A DNA stretch of 64,000 nt from Auanema rhodensis (taxonomy: Eukaryota > Animalia > Nematoda), in contig OZ059899.1 of NCBI GenBank assembly GCA_964057225.1, positions 10,788,001 through 10,852,000 of the forward strand. The letters run 5' to 3'. Both the position numbers and the translations under genes were made by a program. The notes under the pieces were generated by a model. The model worked only from the letters and a program-made list of their open reading frames with translations, ran no database searches and was not told the origin of the DNA. Below, one piece after another: positions 62,158 to 64,000 of the stretch (positions are counted from its first letter, which is position 1; each line of letters opens with the position of its first letter).

Positions 62158-62691
62158 TACGAAAGTACAAAATAACAAAGCGCTGATTATAGGAAACGTG
62201 AATGAATGCAGATATTCTCAATTCCGATTCATTAACTAGATCGTGGTCAGCATTTTACAACATTGATAAAATAGAAACTGAGAAAAAAACATCAACAAAT
62301 GACACTATTAACTTGGTTTTTTGAACAGCTTTTTTATATTTCTTTTTTCACTATGAGAGAACTCATATTTATTGCTTTTTCAAAATTTTCCATTTTTAAC
62401 ATTATACATCTTGACTATCACACATTGAGAACAACAGTTGGCAATGTTGGTTGTCACGTCATATTTCATGCAGTTAGATTTTCAGACACATTAATACCTT
62501 TGACCATTCTTCTTATGAGTTTTGTAACGATTGATCGTAATAGGAAATGAATTGCTATAATATGAAAAAATACAAGACATAGTCAACATTGATTTCCCCA
62601 AATAGTATCATGTTTGCTTGTTATTCAATTAGAACACTTATTTTTTGATTGTTTTCTTGAAATATTCTTTTTTTTTCTTTAACAAAGTTAT

Positions 62692-64000
62692 TGTTCCATA
62701 CGTGTCTTATAAAGAAGGCGGTTGACAACGTCAACCGACTTTTGGTTAATAGAACTCAATAAGAAACTAGACCTGAACTACTTTTTGTATAAATTCAATT
62801 ATATTTGTAATTAATATTTTGCTATATAAACCCCTGAGAAAGCAGCTAGGTTGGCTTTCTCATAACATGTAGTTGCATTTATTTGATTATTGTATTTTGC
62901 TTTTATAATTGTATTTCCATATTCGGACGTTTATTGTTCAGTATTACAGGTTTTAACGTGACGTTACATTACTCCGAATAGAACCAGCCACTCCACAAGA
63001 ATGCCAAACAGCCATTCAAGAAAGACGACACATGGATAACGACCTCAATCGCAAAGCACCAGGACTATTCAAAGCCCCTATGCCATCTAGTACACAATCA
63101 AAATCGTTTTGGGCATCCTCTTGCACAACCAAGTCAAGATTCACCTTAGAAAGAGGAATGATGACTAGCCTACACGATGACACTATAATCTCCGACTTAT
63201 TCACCAACACTGAAGGATGCACTAAGCAACAAGGAGTATGCAACACCACCAACGCAGTTATCACATGGATCCCACCCAATGATCATCGAAATTGCGACTA
63301 CACGACATTAGGGAAATTCGAAGCACTAATCAACAATGATACTGTATTAATCTCGGAAATACAAGGAGCATTCATTCTCAAAAACAACACGCCAGACCCT
63401 ACAGCTACAAGATGTATGAATACAAGCATTTACTCAACTGATAGTGGTACGTACATTTCCATCAAGGACTTAAAAACACACCGACGTCAAAAGAGGATGG
63501 CACCCCAAGAATACCCTACGAGATTCTTCAATATCACTATCTACAAATCACTTCGCCTCACAGACAGTTCTACAGGTATACTACCTATGTACCAGACATA
63601 TCGAAATGGGAAAAGACTGGACAACGCTTATAACCTTATGGAATATCTCAAGACATCTAGCGTACACATAGGTTTCATCAAATTCCTACAACTAGATTCA
63701 TCAAAACTGAAGAACCGACTCTTATGGCACAACTACACTGACATCAACATGGTTATCCTGCACACACTTGCAGAAGCTGAGATTCGACTTTCTACGAAAA
63801 TTGCCATCGAACACCTACTGCCATCAGAGATCACGGCAAAACTCAGCAAGCAAATCACTATCAGCGACTTTGCCACACGTCTACTCAACTACGAAGGCGA
63901 TTATCTCGACCGAGCAAGACAAATAGCAATTGAAATAGCTCACACACCTACCACTCTGGCAACAGGAGAGACTATTCCATCAATGGAGGACTATCTGTAC
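62692..64000 (+). mobile_element. Element C: third env-bearing family, plus strand, runs off the window; probable 5' LTR 62692-~62958 joined to env by an internal deletion
   Basis: Array breaks after aacaaagttat; new sequence starts TGTTCCAT (cf. B LTR start CGTTCCAT), TATATAAA at 62824, ...TTTTAACG-TG then env homology. Confidence 0.8.
62957..64000 (+). pseudogene. Element C env ectodomain fragment (348 open codons to the window edge, 5'-truncated; absent from ORF track)
   Basis: My translation: ...ECQTAIQERR...FTLERGMMTSLHDDTIISDLFTNTEGCTKQQGVCNTTNAVITWIPP...CDY...HRRQKR; aligns with A (FVLKRGIITRLKEDHIVSDLFINTDNCKGNEGFC) and B (LVLERGVMTRMPDDTILSNLILNTEGCSAHHGNC). Confidence 0.88.

Larger units (their letters stand above)
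58796..62691. repeat. tRNA-Ile array, right block (667-bp period)
   Basis: ORF starts at 58964+667n. Confidence 0.96.

Noticed and set aside
6820-62550. Dozens of 83-aa MTLLTWFFEQ... ORFs
   Set aside because: They are the spacer of the tDNA repeat unit; F/I/L-rich translation of T-rich DNA with no recognisable domain, and freely interrupted by insertions and a deletion
23659-62691. Ty3-like position-specific integration at the Pol III start site, or a sequence-specific target
   Set aside because: Four different offsets from the tRNA and unrelated TSDs (ACAT, CTTT, CGCT, predicted TTAT)
63016-63279. 87-aa minus-strand ORF
   Set aside because: Antisense to the element C env frame

Overview
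Very AT-rich eukaryotic repeat region, probably from a nematode (inferred from composition and element type, not proven), with no ordinary host protein gene. (1) 1-6435: satellite of ~409-bp units with higher-order structure. (2) From 6435: tandem array of a ~666-bp unit, each with one minus-strand tRNA-Ile(AAT) gene (39 intact-length copies plus 1 split by an insertion). (3) Four independent insertions of three related Ty3/gypsy (Metaviridae) LTR families interrupt the array. These are a solo LTR (23663-24043), element A (27617-45646; gag deleted, 5206-bp env-PR-RT-RH block present ~2.85 times), element B (47406-58795; full-length, identical LTRs, five coding lesions, inserted inside a tRNA gene) and the start of element C (62692-end, plus strand; its env frame is missing from the ORF track). 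All three families carry a herpesvirus-gB-like (class III) envelope glycoprotein; in B it lies between gag and protease, and in A it is in one frame with pol. A and B share a tRNA-Gln primer site. The three complete insertions have 4-bp target duplications and LTR 3' ends of ...AACG instead of ...CA, and C probably ends the same way.
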